48,153 bases of DNA from an uncultured Cocleimonas sp. (lineage in GTDB: Bacteria; Pseudomonadota; Gammaproteobacteria; Thiotrichales; Thiotrichaceae), in assembly GCA_938041705.1 (NCBI GenBank), contig CALISP010000015.1:1-48153 (forward strand), in the 5' to 3' direction. Under the pieces are notes generated by a model. The model saw nothing but the letters and a program-made list of their open reading frames with translations. It was not told where the DNA came from and made no database searches. A program made the position numbers and the translations under genes. Of this stretch, positions 1-10,634 are shown piece by piece (within the stretch, counting starts at the first letter, position 1; the number at the start of each line of letters is the position of its first letter).

Positions 1-67
1 AATATATCTCACGTCTACCATCCCACGAGAAAGATACATCACGAATTTTTACTAAAGAATTTGACAC
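1..67 (-). CDS. N-terminus of ABC transporter ATP-binding protein (MlaF-like), runs off window
   Basis: Manual translation from GTG at 67: MSNSLVKIRDVSFSWDGRREIY..., typical start of an ABC ATPase domain; not in ORF track. Confidence 0.5.
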   Translation of the reverse strand, partial: MSNSLVKIRDVSFSWDGRREIY

Positions 68-162
68 TGCAATCAGTCCGCAAATAGTCCAAGATAATTT
101 AAGGCGCAAATAATACGTTTGTTTAGTATTTAATGCTAGAAATGCCTGAATAATAAGATAAA

Positions 163-248
163 AAAGAAACCCCCATACTTTTTGAATAACAATATGTTTT
201 AATGGTCTGAAAACGTAATTGACATTTATGCATGGTTCATGTTTTTAA
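163..248 (+). repeat. GACACC-repeat element, short form (degenerate core 163-182)
   Basis: AAAGAAACCCCCATACTTTT followed by hairpin TATGTTTT..AAAACGTA (193-217) and TTATGCA tail, aligning with the copies at 20945 and 47434. Confidence 0.65.
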
Positions 249-430
249 TCATACTAAATAAAACCATACACTTTGAGTTATTTAACTACTTCCAAACATA
301 TTTTTTGATTCAACATTAATAACAATTAGCATTTGTATTTAATAATACAAAGTTGGCATTTACGATGAGCTAAGAATACTCATACGGATAAGCCTTCCCT
401 TTGGATCTTAAAATATTTTGCATAAATTAT

Positions 431-477
431 AAACGGTGACATTCATCACAGAAGCTAAACCCTAAGCACATTAGAAT
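431..477 (+). promoter_or_regulatory. Putative CRP-family class II promoter
   Basis: GGTGA-CATTCA-TCACA (435-450; CRP consensus TGTGA-N6-TCACA) and -10 TAGAAT (472-477); spacing puts the site centre at about -41.5. Confidence 0.55.
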
Positions 478-512
478 ATCTCTAACGAACATCAAAAAGG
501 AGATATACAATC

Positions 513-806
513 ATGGAATTATCATTAGCAGAAATTACAGAAACAATCGGTGTCTTAGGTTTTGTGTTTTATATGCTGTCATATTTTTTATTATTGATTG
601 GTAAGATAGCTGGGACTGATAATAGTTACATTCTGATGAATTTTATTGCTGCTAGTTGTGTATTAGTTAGTTTAATTCATAATTTTAATCTTGCTTCTGC
701 CTTAATTCAAACTTTCTGGATAGTGATTAGTGTTGTGGGTTTAGTTCGTTATAATTTCTTACTAAAATCAACCTCTAAACCAATGATTCACGTTGATACA
801 GTTTAA
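513..806 (+). CDS. Small membrane protein (CBU_0592-like family)
   Basis: 97 aa with 3 hydrophobic segments, pattern GxxGxxxYxxxYxLL...Y..N......SL...FN.....Q.FW..IS..G; AGGAG RBS. Confidence 0.7.
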   Translation: MELSLAEITETIGVLGFVFYMLSYFLLLIGKIAGTDNSYILMNFIAASCVLVSLIHNFNLASALIQTFWIVISVVGLVRYNFLLKSTSKPMIHVDTV

Positions 807-1734
807 TCTCAGAAAACACATCATCAGCCTTTTTCAAACGTTTAACTCGATGAAATAATACCTTTGCTTCTGGGTAATGTCTTTGCAAAAAGACTAACCA
901 TTGTTTACATCGATTACTCACAAACATGGGATGATGGTTTTTACTATTTTGTAAATATTTGACTATCATTTCAAGTGTTATCCACCAGTCCATTACATGG
1001 TGCTCTTCGCCATTAATTTCCGCTTTTATTTTTGCTGCTATGTCAGGAGAAGTTAGCGCGCTTCGACCGAGCATAATGTCTTCACAACCACTATCTATTT
1101 GAGCTTTTTTAGCATCCTCTAAATTCCAAATTTCTCCGTTGATAACGACAGGGATTGGCGCTTTTTCAGATACTTTTTTCACCGCAGCCCAATACGCAGG
1201 TGGTGTATACCTATCTTCGCGTGTACGTGCATGGATACACAACTCGTCTGCATTGGCTCTGAAGACATTATCGGTTATTTCATCTAAAGCATCGTGATTA
1301 CTAAAACCTAAACGAATCTTAGCGGTTACAGGAATACTCGGGTCCACAGCGTCTCGGACGGCTGCAACTATATGATAAATGCGCTCAGGTTCACGTAATA
1401 AAGCCGAACCACCATCACTTCGATTGACTGTTTTTGAAGGGCAACCAAAATTAAGGTCTATTCCTAATGGTGATAAATTCTGTGCTTGGACTGCATTCAT
1501 CGCTAACACTTTAGGATTACTACCCAGGAGTTGTAAAAAGACTGGAGTGCCAGCAGAAGTTCTGCCACCCTGTTCTAATTCGGGAGCAAAACGAGTGAAT
1601 ACTCTCTCTGGTAATAATTGATCAGTGACACGAACAAACTCTGTAACGCAACGATCGTAACCACCTACACGAGTTAGCACATCACGCATTTCGTGATCAA
1701 CTACACCTTCCATTGGGGCTAAAAAAATACGCAC
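775..1734 (-). CDS. dusC: tRNA-dihydrouridine synthase (DusC-like)
   Basis: LAPMEG, TEFVRV, DLNFGCP, GGSALL, HART, NGEIW motifs; GTG start at 1734 (or 1743). Confidence 0.85.
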   Translation of the reverse strand: MRIFLAPMEGVVDHEMRDVLTRVGGYDRCVTEFVRVTDQLLPERVFTRFAPELEQGGRTSAGTPVFLQLLGSNPKVLAMNAVQAQNLSPLGIDLNFGCPSKTVNRSDGGSALLREPERIYHIVAAVRDAVDPSIPVTAKIRLGFSNHDALDEITDNVFRANADELCIHARTREDRYTPPAYWAAVKKVSEKAPIPVVINGEIWNLEDAKKAQIDSGCEDIMLGRSALTSPDIAAKIKAEINGEEHHVMDWWITLEMIVKYLQNSKNHHPMFVSNRCKQWLVFLQRHYPEAKVLFHRVKRLKKADDVFSEIKLYQRESLV

Positions 1735-1800
1735 ACAGACCACTGCAATTGAATAAAAAAACAGAATTATAGGTGTTTATTAATATTTAGATAGTTGTAA

Positions 1801-1820
1801 AGAGATACCCCCTACTTTTA
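1801..1820 (+). repeat. GACACC-repeat core copy
   Basis: AGAGATACCCCCTACTTTTA, followed by GGGAGTTTT. Confidence 0.75.
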
Positions 1821-1875
1821 GGGAGTTTTATACATCAGATAATAACTTGATAAAACCTAAGTCATATCAAGTAAG

Positions 1876-2622
1876 CTAATTATGTTGATTTGGATCAACG
1901 AAGTGACAACTTGTGCCTGCAAGTTCACTTAATATATTTACCTTATTTATAGTGACCTGCCTATGATCGACCGAAATAACATCTTGTTTAATTAATTTTC
2001 CAATTATTCGGCTTACCGTTTCTAATGCAAGTCCGAGATAATTTGCAATATCTGTCCGCGTCATGGGTAATACAAATTGAGTTGTTAATCCCTTACCTAA
2101 TGACTCTCTAACGGATAAACTCAATAGAAACGTTGCAATTTTCTCATCAGCATTTTTTTGGTTTAGCATCAACATCAATTCGTGATTATGTGTGATTTCT
2201 TGACTCATAATTTTGAATAATTGTTGACGAAGACCATCAATCTTTGAATTAAGGTTATCCAATTTATCATAAGGAATAGCACAAAGATGTGAAGGTACTA
2301 GCGTTTCAGAAAAACCAACATGAGAGCCAGTGTTGATACCTTCTAAACCAACTATTTCACCAGGCAAATGAAATCCAGTAATTTGCTCTTCACCAGAATC
2401 AGAGATTGAATAAGATTTCAAATAGCCTGATCGAATTGCATATATATGAGTGAATTTATCTCCAATTGAATAGACCTTTGTTCCTTTTTCCAACAGCTTA
2501 TTTCGCTGAATAATATTATCTAAGCGATCAATATCTGAATGCGATAACATCATCGGCAAACAAAAGCCCTTTAAACTACAGGTACTGCATTTAATAAAGT
2601 TACTATTATGAGGTAAAGACAT
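1876..2622 (-). CDS. fnr: FNR/Anr oxygen-sensing transcription regulator
   Basis: N-terminal CxxCxxxxxC Fe-S ligands, GEEQITGFHLPGE, HTH DIANYLGLALETVSR; ATG at 2622 preferred over TTG at 2682. Confidence 0.93.
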   Translation of the reverse strand: MSLPHNSNFIKCSTCSLKGFCLPMMLSHSDIDRLDNIIQRNKLLEKGTKVYSIGDKFTHIYAIRSGYLKSYSISDSGEEQITGFHLPGEIVGLEGINTGSHVGFSETLVPSHLCAIPYDKLDNLNSKIDGLRQQLFKIMSQEITHNHELMLMLNQKNADEKIATFLLSLSVRESLGKGLTTQFVLPMTRTDIANYLGLALETVSRIIGKLIKQDVISVDHRQVTINKVNILSELAGTSCHFVDPNQHN

Positions 2623-2686
2623 AGATCTCTGGTGATTATTAATATGATTCAATTGTAACTGAAAATACTGATTAGAATTCAAATGT

Positions 2687-2728
2687 TTGATCTAGGTTAA
2701 ACTTTGATTTTAAACCCAACTTTATACT
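2687..2728 (+). promoter_or_regulatory. FNR box and -10 element of ccoN promoter
   Basis: TTGAT-CTAG-GTTAA (2687-2700; consensus TTGAT-N4-ATCAA) and TATACT (2723-2728), class II geometry. Confidence 0.7.
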
Positions 2729-2768
2729 TCTCTCATCAAGCCGCTGAGCAATCTAATGAGAGACACTA

Positions 2769-4193
2769 ATGCAAAGTTATTACAATGATAAGGTCGTAAG
2801 ACAATTCACCTTTATGACCATTTTTTGGGGTATTGTCGGAATGTTGGTTGGTGTCGTGATTGCCGCGCAATTATGGATTCCAGGTCTCAATTTTGATGTC
2901 CCTTGGCTTACTTACAGTCGTCTCCGACCTCTTCATACCAATGCCGTGATTTTTGCTTTTGGAGGGTCAGCCCTTATCGGAACCTCATTATATGTGGTGC
3001 AACGCACGTGTAGTGTCCGATTAATTTCAGATAAGTTGGCAGCACTAGTATTCTGGGGATGGCAACTAGTCATTGTGTTAGCGGTTATTACCCTTCCACT
3101 TGGAATTACACAAAGTAAAGAATATGCAGAACTAGAATGGCCAATAGATATTCTTATTGCTGTAGTGTGGATTGCTTATGCAATTCTGTTTTTTGGCACA
3201 ATAGGTAAACGTAAAATTAAGCATGTGTACGTTGCTAATTGGTTTTATGGCGCATTTATACTCACTATTGCTTTATTGCATATTGTCAATAACCTCGCTT
3301 TACCAGTCTCTCTTACCAAGTCTTATCCTATTTATACAGGAGCAGTAGATGCAATGGTGCAATGGTGGTATGGGCATAATGCAGTTGGCTTTTTCTTAAC
3401 AGCTGGTTTTTTAGGAATGATGTATTACTTTATTCCTAAGCACGTGGGTCGTCCTATATATTCCTATCGTTTATCTATTGTTCACTTTTGGGCTTTAATT
3501 TCTATCTACATGTGGGCAGGCCCACATCATCTCCACTACACCGCTTTACCAAACTGGATTCAATCTTTGGGTATGGTTTTCTCGATTATTTTATTAGCAC
3601 CCAGTTGGGGTGGAATGATCAACGGAATTATGACTCTGTCAGGAGCATGGGATAGATTATATAAAGATCCCATCGTAAAAATGATGGTCGTCGCTTTATC
3701 CTTTTATGGAATGAGTACCTTCGAAGGTCCGTTAATGGCAATCAAAACAGTCAATGCACTTTCGCACTATACAGATTGGACTATCGGACATGTACATTCT
3801 GGTGCTTTAGGTTGGGTCGCTATGATGACTATTTCTTCAATGTACGTGTTACTACCTCGCCTATACGGCAAAAAAGAAATGTATAGCACTGCCCTGATAA
3901 ATGTTCATTTCTGGTTGGCCACAATAGGTATTTTAGTTTATGCCGTATCAATGTGGATAGCAGGAGTGATGCAAGGATTGATGTGGAGAACGTTTAATAC
4001 TTTACCTGAAGATGGCACATTGAAATACACCTTCATAGAGAGTATTGCGGCAACCAAACCTTATTACGCATTTAGACTTTTGGGTGGACTTTTATTCTTA
4101 TCAGGAATGCTCATCATGGCATACAACGTCTATAAAACAGTTAAAAAGCAACAACCAGCTAATGCCTTAATTCCTCAAGCAAAGACAGCATAA
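2769..4193 (+). CDS. ccoN: cbb3-type cytochrome c oxidase subunit I
   Basis: [49 protein letters not shown]. Confidence 0.98.
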   Translation: MQSYYNDKVVRQFTFMTIFWGIVGMLVGVVIAAQLWIPGLNFDVPWLTYSRLRPLHTNAVIFAFGGSALIGTSLYVVQRTCSVRLISDKLAALVFWGWQLVIVLAVITLPLGITQSKEYAELEWPIDILIAVVWIAYAILFFGTIGKRKIKHVYVANWFYGAFILTIALLHIVNNLALPVSLTKSYPIYTGAVDAMVQWWYGHNAVGFFLTAGFLGMMYYFIPKHVGRPIYSYRLSIVHFWALISIYMWAGPHHLHYTALPNWIQSLGMVFSIILLAPSWGGMINGIMTLSGAWDRLYKDPIVKMMVVALSFYGMSTFEGPLMAIKTVNALSHYTDWTIGHVHSGALGWVAMMTISSMYVLLPRLYGKKEMYSTALINVHFWLATIGILVYAVSMWIAGVMQGLMWRTFNTLPEDGTLKYTFIESIAATKPYYAFRLLGGLLFLSGMLIMAYNVYKTVKKQQPANALIPQAKTA

Positions 4194-4212
4194 GGCTGAT
4201 TAGGAGAACTCT

Positions 4213-4830
4213 ATGGAACATCAAACTTTAGAAAAAAATATCAATCTGATGGCTGTATTTATTGTGCTTGTAATCAGTGTCGCTGGAATCATTCAAATAG
4301 TCCCGTTAATGACACAAAAAGAGGTTCGTGAACCAGCTGAAGGCATTAAACCATACACACCTTTGCAGTTAGCTGGTCGCGATGTCTATGTCAGCGAAGG
4401 TTGTTATAACTGTCACTCACAAATGATAAGACCGTTTAGAAGTGAAGTTGAGCGATATGGACCCTACTCTGTTGCAGGAGAATCTGTTTATGACCGTCCA
4501 CATCAATGGGGTTCTAAACGAACAGGACCTGACCTAGCAAGAGTGGGTGGGCGTTATTCTGATGATTGGCATAGAGTTCACTTATTGAATCCTCGTAACC
4601 TCGTCCCTGAATCAAATATGCCAGGTTACCCTTGGCTAGCAGAAAATACTTTAGACCCTGAATTAATGAAGAAAAAAATTAAAGCATTACAAATGTTAGG
4701 CGACCCCTATTCTGATGAAGTATTCGACACTATTGAAAAAGATTTTGCGGATAAGACAGAAATGGATGCTTTGATTATTTATCTACAAAATATGGGAACA
4801 AATAGAACAGGACGTAAACGTAATGATTAG
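4213..4830 (+). CDS. ccoO: cbb3-type oxidase subunit II
   Basis: [27 protein letters not shown]. Confidence 0.97.
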   Translation: MEHQTLEKNINLMAVFIVLVISVAGIIQIVPLMTQKEVREPAEGIKPYTPLQLAGRDVYVSEGCYNCHSQMIRPFRSEVERYGPYSVAGESVYDRPHQWGSKRTGPDLARVGGRYSDDWHRVHLLNPRNLVPESNMPGYPWLAENTLDPELMKKKIKALQMLGDPYSDEVFDTIEKDFADKTEMDALIIYLQNMGTNRTGRKRND

Positions 4831-4841
4831 AGGAGCTAAAA

Positions 4842-5036
4842 ATGAGCATTGATAACTTAATCAGTGGCGCTGTATTAGTAGCATTACTATTTGGTTTTTT
4901 AGGCATGGTGTTCTGGGCCTATAGTAAAAAAAGACACGATGACTTCGAATTTATGGGTCGTTTACCTTTAGATGATGACAATACACCTAGTGTGGCAAGT
5001 GATAAATCAGAGGAGAGGTATCCTAATGTTAAATGA
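4842..5036 (+). CDS. ccoQ: cbb3-type oxidase subunit CcoQ
   Basis: 64 aa, single TM helix, F.G...WAYS....DFE....LP; located between ccoO and ccoP. Confidence 0.9.
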   Translation: MSIDNLISGAVLVALLFGFLGMVFWAYSKKRHDDFEFMGRLPLDDDNTPSVASDKSEERYPNVK

Positions 5037-5982
5037 TGGGATGTTAAGTAATGGTTGGCATTGGTTAGTCGTTATAGGGTCTATCGCAAACATTTTAGCT
5101 TGCTGGTGGTTATTACGTTGGTCAGCAAAAACTAAAGTCAAAAGCAATGACGATAACACCACAGGTCATATTTGGGATGAAGACATTACTGAACTTAATA
5201 ACCCTCTTCCACGGTGGTGGCTTGGATTGTTCTACGGTTCTATTCTTTTTGCTCTTGGCTATCTAGTCTTATACCCGGGTCTAGGTAATTATAAAGGCAC
5301 CCTTGGTTGGAGCCAAGAATCACAATTGGTGGAAGATACTACAAGAGTTGAATCAAAGATCGCAGAAACACAAAAATTCTGGAATGACTACAGTACTGAA
5401 GATTTACTGAGTAATCGATCCGTATTGAAAACTGGTAAGCGTATTTTTGCGAATAACTGTGCAATGTGTCATGGGTCAGGCGGTCAGGGTGCAATAGGTT
5501 ACCCCAACTTAACTGATAAAGATTGGCAATGGGGTCATGGTTTCGATCAACTTGTAGATATTATCACTAATGGGCGAACCGCAAGGGGCATGATGGCTTG
5601 GAAAGACTCCCTAGGTGGAGAGCAAGGAGTAAAAGATGTAGCCGCTTATGTTCGCAAACTTGGTGGTTTAGAACATGACGAAAAAGAAGCTGAAGTGGGA
5701 ATGACCCTATACAACAAAACATGTATTGGTTGTCATGGACCTACAGGAGCAGGCTTACAAGCATTGGGCGCACCAAAACTATCTGATGAGTATTGGTTAT
5801 ATGGCAGCGATTTAGATTCTCTCTATGAGACCATTGCAAATGGTCGTAGTGGACAAATGCCTGCACAAAAAGATTTACTTAATAGCTACAGAATACGTGC
5901 AGTCGTTGCTTATGTGATGAGTTTATCTAAAAAAAATGAAGAAGATAATAAGCAAGCCAATGTAAAAGAAAGTAGCAACTAA
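5026..5982 (+). CDS. ccoP: cbb3-type oxidase subunit III (diheme)
   Basis: TTGHIWDEDITELNNPLPRWW, two CxxCH (CAMCH, CIGCH); ATG at 5026 with GAGG RBS. Confidence 0.96.
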   Translation: MLNDGMLSNGWHWLVVIGSIANILACWWLLRWSAKTKVKSNDDNTTGHIWDEDITELNNPLPRWWLGLFYGSILFALGYLVLYPGLGNYKGTLGWSQESQLVEDTTRVESKIAETQKFWNDYSTEDLLSNRSVLKTGKRIFANNCAMCHGSGGQGAIGYPNLTDKDWQWGHGFDQLVDIITNGRTARGMMAWKDSLGGEQGVKDVAAYVRKLGGLEHDEKEAEVGMTLYNKTCIGCHGPTGAGLQALGAPKLSDEYWLYGSDLDSLYETIANGRSGQMPAQKDLLNSYRIRAVVAYVMSLSKKNEEDNKQANVKESSN

Positions 5983-5983
5983 A

Positions 5984-6298
5984 ATGTCAAATACAACTGA
6001 CAATAACTCCAACATTAACTCTGTTGCATGGTCACTTAAAAAAAGAACCATTGCTCGAGTGTTATGGCTTTCATTTTTATGCGCAGCAATCGGATTTTTT
6101 ATTATTTTTGGCTTGATAGATCCTGGCTCGCTGAACTTAGCATTTTCTTTGCCGTATTCACTTTCACGAGAACTTGGGTATGGACTAGGATTTATTTTCT
6201 TATTTTTCATCTGCCTACTAACTTCCTCTCTGACAGCATGGATGATATCCAGTACAGAAAATAAAAAGCCAAATACTTCGAGTAAATTCGAGCAATAA
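5984..6298 (+). CDS. Two-TM membrane protein within the cco cluster
   Basis: Tightly coupled to ccoP and ccoG; LW.SFL.A......F..IDP...SR..GY..GF pattern. Confidence 0.75.
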   Translation: MSNTTDNNSNINSVAWSLKKRTIARVLWLSFLCAAIGFFIIFGLIDPGSLNLAFSLPYSLSRELGYGLGFIFLFFICLLTSSLTAWMISSTENKKPNTSSKFEQ

Positions 6299-6300
6299 AC

Positions 6301-7680
6301 ATGTCTACTCATGAAATCAATGTTGATTCTCTATATCGCAAAGAAGCCAAAGTACAACCACGTTCGGTAACGGGACTATTTGCTCGCTTACGTGTCCTCT
6401 CAGTGTTTGTTTTACTCGGTTTATTCTATCTTCTACCATGGATTCAATGGGGTAAAAACCAAATCATATTATTTGATTTACCCGCTCGAAAGTTTCATGT
6501 ATTTGGATTAACTTTCTGGCCACAAGATTTTATTTTCTTGGCAATGTTACTTATCATTGCTGGTCTTTCACTCTTTTTCTTTACAGCTCTAGCTGGACGT
6601 CTTTGGTGTGGATTTGCTTGCCCACAAACAGTATGGACAGAAGTTTTTATGCTAGTTGAAAAATGGGTAGAGGGTGATCGACTTCAACGTCTCAAGCTTG
6701 ACAGAAGTCCTTGGACGACTAATAAGATATTTAAAAAAGGCCTCAAACAGTTCTTATGGATTGTCCTAGCACTCTGGACAGGTTTTACCTTCGTTGGTTT
6801 TTTTAGCCCTATTCGCGAACTAGCTGTTGAACTAATTACACTCTCCATAAGTGGTTGGGCCTTATTTTGGATCTTGTTTTATGGATTTGCAACTTATGGC
6901 AATGCAGGCATCTTACGAGAACAAGTCTGTAAATACATGTGTCCCTATGCCCGCTTTCAAGGTGCAATGTTCGATGAAGATACCTTGGTTATTACCTATG
7001 ATAAAAATCGTGGTGAACCTCGTGGATCACGAAAGCGTAAGAGTGATCCAAAAGAACAAGGTCTCGGCTCATGTATTGACTGTACTTTGTGCGTACAAGT
7101 GTGTCCCACTGGTATTGATATTCGAGAAGGCCTTCAGTACGAATGTATTGCTTGTGCAGCTTGTATTGATGTTTGCGATGATGTCATGGAAAAAATGGAT
7201 TATCCAAAGGGCTTAATCCGTTACACCACAGATAACAAAATGGCAGGAAAAAGCAGTAAAATTTTACGTCCTAGAATCCTAATATACGGGACATTACTTA
7301 GCCTTTTAATTATCGGTCTCAGTTATTCCATTGCTACACGTGAGCTCGTCTTAGCTAAATTTATCCATGATAGAAATGGACTTTTTACAAAACTAAACGA
7401 TGGAAGTATTGAAAATGCTTACTCTTTACGTCTGGTGAATAAAACAGATCTACCCCATCAGTTTAAAGTAATTGATCTAAGTCCTAACTATTTAAAGATA
7501 GATAATGACATTTTCCAATTAGGCCCAGGTGAAAATAATCTGTTTCCTGTGCGTTTGCACAAAAATCCCTCGACTGGAATAGAAAAGGTAGTAGAAAAAG
7601 TAACATTAAGCATTCAGGCAGTTGATGATCCAAAGATTATAACCACCTTAGAAGCTAAGTTTTTATCACCTAGCAAATGA
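6301..7680 (+). CDS. ccoG: Cytochrome c oxidase accessory protein CcoG/FixG
   Basis: GRLWCGFACPQTVWT, CKYMCPYARFQ, two 4Fe-4S motifs (CIDCTLCVQVCP, CIACAACIDVC). Confidence 0.96.
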   Translation: MSTHEINVDSLYRKEAKVQPRSVTGLFARLRVLSVFVLLGLFYLLPWIQWGKNQIILFDLPARKFHVFGLTFWPQDFIFLAMLLIIAGLSLFFFTALAGRLWCGFACPQTVWTEVFMLVEKWVEGDRLQRLKLDRSPWTTNKIFKKGLKQFLWIVLALWTGFTFVGFFSPIRELAVELITLSISGWALFWILFYGFATYGNAGILREQVCKYMCPYARFQGAMFDEDTLVITYDKNRGEPRGSRKRKSDPKEQGLGSCIDCTLCVQVCPTGIDIREGLQYECIACAACIDVCDDVMEKMDYPKGLIRYTTDNKMAGKSSKILRPRILIYGTLLSLLIIGLSYSIATRELVLAKFIHDRNGLFTKLNDGSIENAYSLRLVNKTDLPHQFKVIDLSPNYLKIDNDIFQLGPGENNLFPVRLHKNPSTGIEKVVEKVTLSIQAVDDPKIITTLEAKFLSPSK

Positions 7681-7961
7681 ATAAATGTAAAAAACTAATT
7701 CAAATCAATCGACAAGGTTTTGTAATGAATAACCATATAAACACAACTTCTATAAATTCAAACGACATAGCTTTAAAAAACATGGCTTGGTACAAAGTTC
7801 CAATAATGTGGTTTATGATTTTCATGCTAGGTTTTACCGTCATATCGGGTGTGTATCTATTTTTCCTAGCCCACGATAATAATGACTCTATTGTAACTGA
7901 AAGCGGTTACGCGCCATTAAACAAGAAGCAAGCCGTTCCCTATAAAACTAATCATAATTAA
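7677..7961 (+). CDS. ccoH: Short FixH/CcoH-like protein
   Basis: WYK.P.MW followed by TM helix and A....D.IV; located between ccoG and ccoI; start may be 7725. Confidence 0.6.
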   Translation: MNKCKKLIQINRQGFVMNNHINTTSINSNDIALKNMAWYKVPIMWFMIFMLGFTVISGVYLFFLAHDNNDSIVTESGYAPLNKKQAVPYKTNHN

Positions 7962-7979
7962 GAGTTTAGCTTTTAAACC

Positions 7980-10634
7980 ATGACTCAAGCATGTTTTCAT
8001 TGTGGCGATATTGTTGATCAAAACGTTGGATCTTCGGGAGCAGTTGAACCTGTTTATCAAATTGAATATAAAAATCAAAATCACGTCGTATGTTGCATAG
8101 GTTGTAAGGCGGTTGCTGAATTTATAATCAGCTCTGAACAATCAAGTAATTATTATGATCTTCGTGAAAACTCAGCTACTAAAGTAGAATCAGAATGTAT
8201 TGAAGAAGTTACTCAATGGGAGTTTTATGATGATAAGCCTGAGTTTTGGGGTGAAATAAAACTATTAGATGAACAAAGCGCAATATCAACAAATCCAGCT
8301 ATTTCAACAACTCCAAAAAACAATGAAAGAGAACTTTATCTAGATATTAATGGTATTCACTGTAGTGCCTGCAGCTGGCTGATACGGACAAAGTTACAAA
8401 ATTTATCTGGTGTCCAAGTCAAAAGTATCGATGCCTCAACAGGAGTTGCAGTTGTACTATGGAAACCTGACAACCTAAAATTTAGCGCCATTTTAAAGAC
8501 CATTACACTACTCGGTTATCGACCTAGTCTTCTCGGTGAAAAAATTAATGACGATGAAGAACGTAACCGTGAACTAAAACGTTTAGTCGTTGCTGGTTTA
8601 GGTATGATGCAAGTCATGATGTATTCGGTAGCTTTGTATGCTGGCGAATGGGAAGGTATGGATCCAATCTATACCAAATTCTTAACATGGGTAAGCCTAT
8701 TTGTCACAACGCCTGTATTATTTTATTCAGGTCTACCCTTTCTTAAAAATGCATTAATTAGCATCAAAAATTTTACTGCACATATGGATATCCCTATCGC
8801 ATTAGCGATATCTCTGGCGTATACCTTAAGTTGTATTAATTTTTTTCGTGATCAAGGTTCTGTGTATTTTGAATCAGTCGTCATGTTTATATTTTTCATC
8901 TCTATTGCGCGATTTATTCAGCATCGTTTGCAATATAAAAACATGAAAACACAACAAGCTATATCTCGTATGTTACCCAATTTCGTTAATCTGGTAATTA
9001 ATAGAAACGAATCCAACTTTGTGCAAGAACCTAGCCCGAAGTCAGAAACAGAACAAACGCTTAAAAATAAACAAGTACCCCTATCTGTAGTAAAAGTAGA
9101 TCAAGAACTCTCTATTGCAACCGGTGAAATAATACCTGTAGATGCTATTTTGTTATCTGAACAGGCTAATATTGAAGAATCCTTACTGACAGGTGAGTCT
9201 GATTTAATCAGCAAGATTAAAGGTGAAAAACTCTCTGCCGGTTGCATTAACTCTGCCCACGCAATAATAATAAAAACGACAACAACCTCACAAAATTCTA
9301 GCTTATCTGTATTAGGACGAAGATTAGCTACCAACAATTTAACTAAGAATGATTTCCAGATACGTTTGGCTCATTTTGCCAGTATTTTTGTGGTATCTGT
9401 TTTAGGTCTAGCCGTATTAACCCTTTTATTTTGGGCACGTGAAGGACAATTTGAAAAAGGCTTAGAAACCGCTTTAGCGGTGTTAGTGATTAGCTGCCCT
9501 TGTGCATTATCATTAGCCATTCCTGCTTCCTTGGCCGCTTTATCACACAGCTTACATCGCCAAGGAATGCATGTTATGAACTCGGATGCTTTAATTCAAT
9601 TCAGCCATGCAAAAACTATATTATTTGATAAAACGGGTACGTTAACCAAGTTGAGTTTACCAAATGATCAGATTCAGGTAGTGAGTGAAAATGGGGTTTT
9701 TGATGATAATAAGACTGTCAATATTGATCCTCAAGAACATTACTTAGCAATAATCTCTGCGCTTGAGAAAAATTCAATTCACCCAGTTGCAAAAGTATTT
9801 CATTCTTTTCAAACATCTTACGTAGTTACTAATTTCAAGGAAGAGAAAGGTAAAGGCGTTTCAGGTATTGTTAATAATATTGAATATATTTTCGCTAAAA
9901 CATCATATCTGAAAGCATTAGGAGTCCAGTTTCGTAACTCCGAACAAAACAAGCGACTACATCTCGTAAGAAAACGTAACAATGATTATGAATTGCTCGC
10001 CAACATTCAACTAGATCAAAATTTACGTCCAAATACCAAAACTACGATTGAAGCATTACAAAATAATGGTCTGAATATTCAAATTATCAGTGGAGATCAT
10101 GCTGACTCAGTTGAAGAAATAGCATCAAAACTTAACATAAAGCAGTTTTTAAGCGAGCAGAGTTCAGAGCAAAAATTTAACTACATCAAACAATTACAAA
10201 AACAAGGATTAGTGGCAGCAGTGGGTGATGGAATAAATGATGCTGAGGTATTAAACAAAGCGAATATTTCAATATCATTTACCAATGCCACGCATATTGC
10301 TCAAGCTTCAGCTGATGTATTGCTCAGTGGTCAATCATTAGCACCAGTTCAACAACTCTACATAGCCTGTAAAAAATTAAACAGCATTGTTAAGACCAAT
10401 ATTATTTGGGCTATTAGTTATAATGTTATTTTTATTCCATTAGCGGCAATGGGCTATATACAACCCTGGATGGCAGCATTAGGCATGTCTCTCAGTTCAC
10501 TTTTCGTGGTAATAAATGCTAGTCGTTTAAGCAAGGTAAAAATACTCAATCAAGAGAGCCAAGATTCTGAATTACTAGATAGTGAAATCCAAAATCAGAA
10601 TCAGAATCACATATTCATGGAGAAAGTCACATGA
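7980..10634 (+). CDS. ccoI: Cu-translocating P1B-type ATPase CcoI/FixI
   Basis: CFHCG/CCIGC N-terminus, HMA CSAC, TGES, CPC, DKTGTLT, GDGIND. Confidence 0.95.
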   Translation: MTQACFHCGDIVDQNVGSSGAVEPVYQIEYKNQNHVVCCIGCKAVAEFIISSEQSSNYYDLRENSATKVESECIEEVTQWEFYDDKPEFWGEIKLLDEQSAISTNPAISTTPKNNERELYLDINGIHCSACSWLIRTKLQNLSGVQVKSIDASTGVAVVLWKPDNLKFSAILKTITLLGYRPSLLGEKINDDEERNRELKRLVVAGLGMMQVMMYSVALYAGEWEGMDPIYTKFLTWVSLFVTTPVLFYSGLPFLKNALISIKNFTAHMDIPIALAISLAYTLSCINFFRDQGSVYFESVVMFIFFISIARFIQHRLQYKNMKTQQAISRMLPNFVNLVINRNESNFVQEPSPKSETEQTLKNKQVPLSVVKVDQELSIATGEIIPVDAILLSEQANIEESLLTGESDLISKIKGEKLSAGCINSAHAIIIKTTTTSQNSSLSVLGRRLATNNLTKNDFQIRLAHFASIFVVSVLGLAVLTLLFWAREGQFEKGLETALAVLVISCPCALSLAIPASLAALSHSLHRQGMHVMNSDALIQFSHAKTILFDKTGTLTKLSLPNDQIQVVSENGVFDDNKTVNIDPQEHYLAIISALEKNSIHPVAKVFHSFQTSYVVTNFKEEKGKGVSGIVNNIEYIFAKTSYLKALGVQFRNSEQNKRLHLVRKRNNDYELLANIQLDQNLRPNTKTTIEALQNNGLNIQIISGDHADSVEEIASKLNIKQFLSEQSSEQKFNYIKQLQKQGLVAAVGDGINDAEVLNKANISISFTNATHIAQASADVLLSGQSLAPVQQLYIACKKLNSIVKTNIIWAISYNVIFIPLAAMGYIQPWMAALGMSLSSLFVVINASRLSKVKILNQESQDSELLDSEIQNQNQNHIFMEKVT

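Noticed and set aside
1847-1871. TTGAT...ATCAA as an FNR box
   Set aside because: The spacer is 14 nt, not 4; more likely a weak hairpin just after the fnr stop codon.
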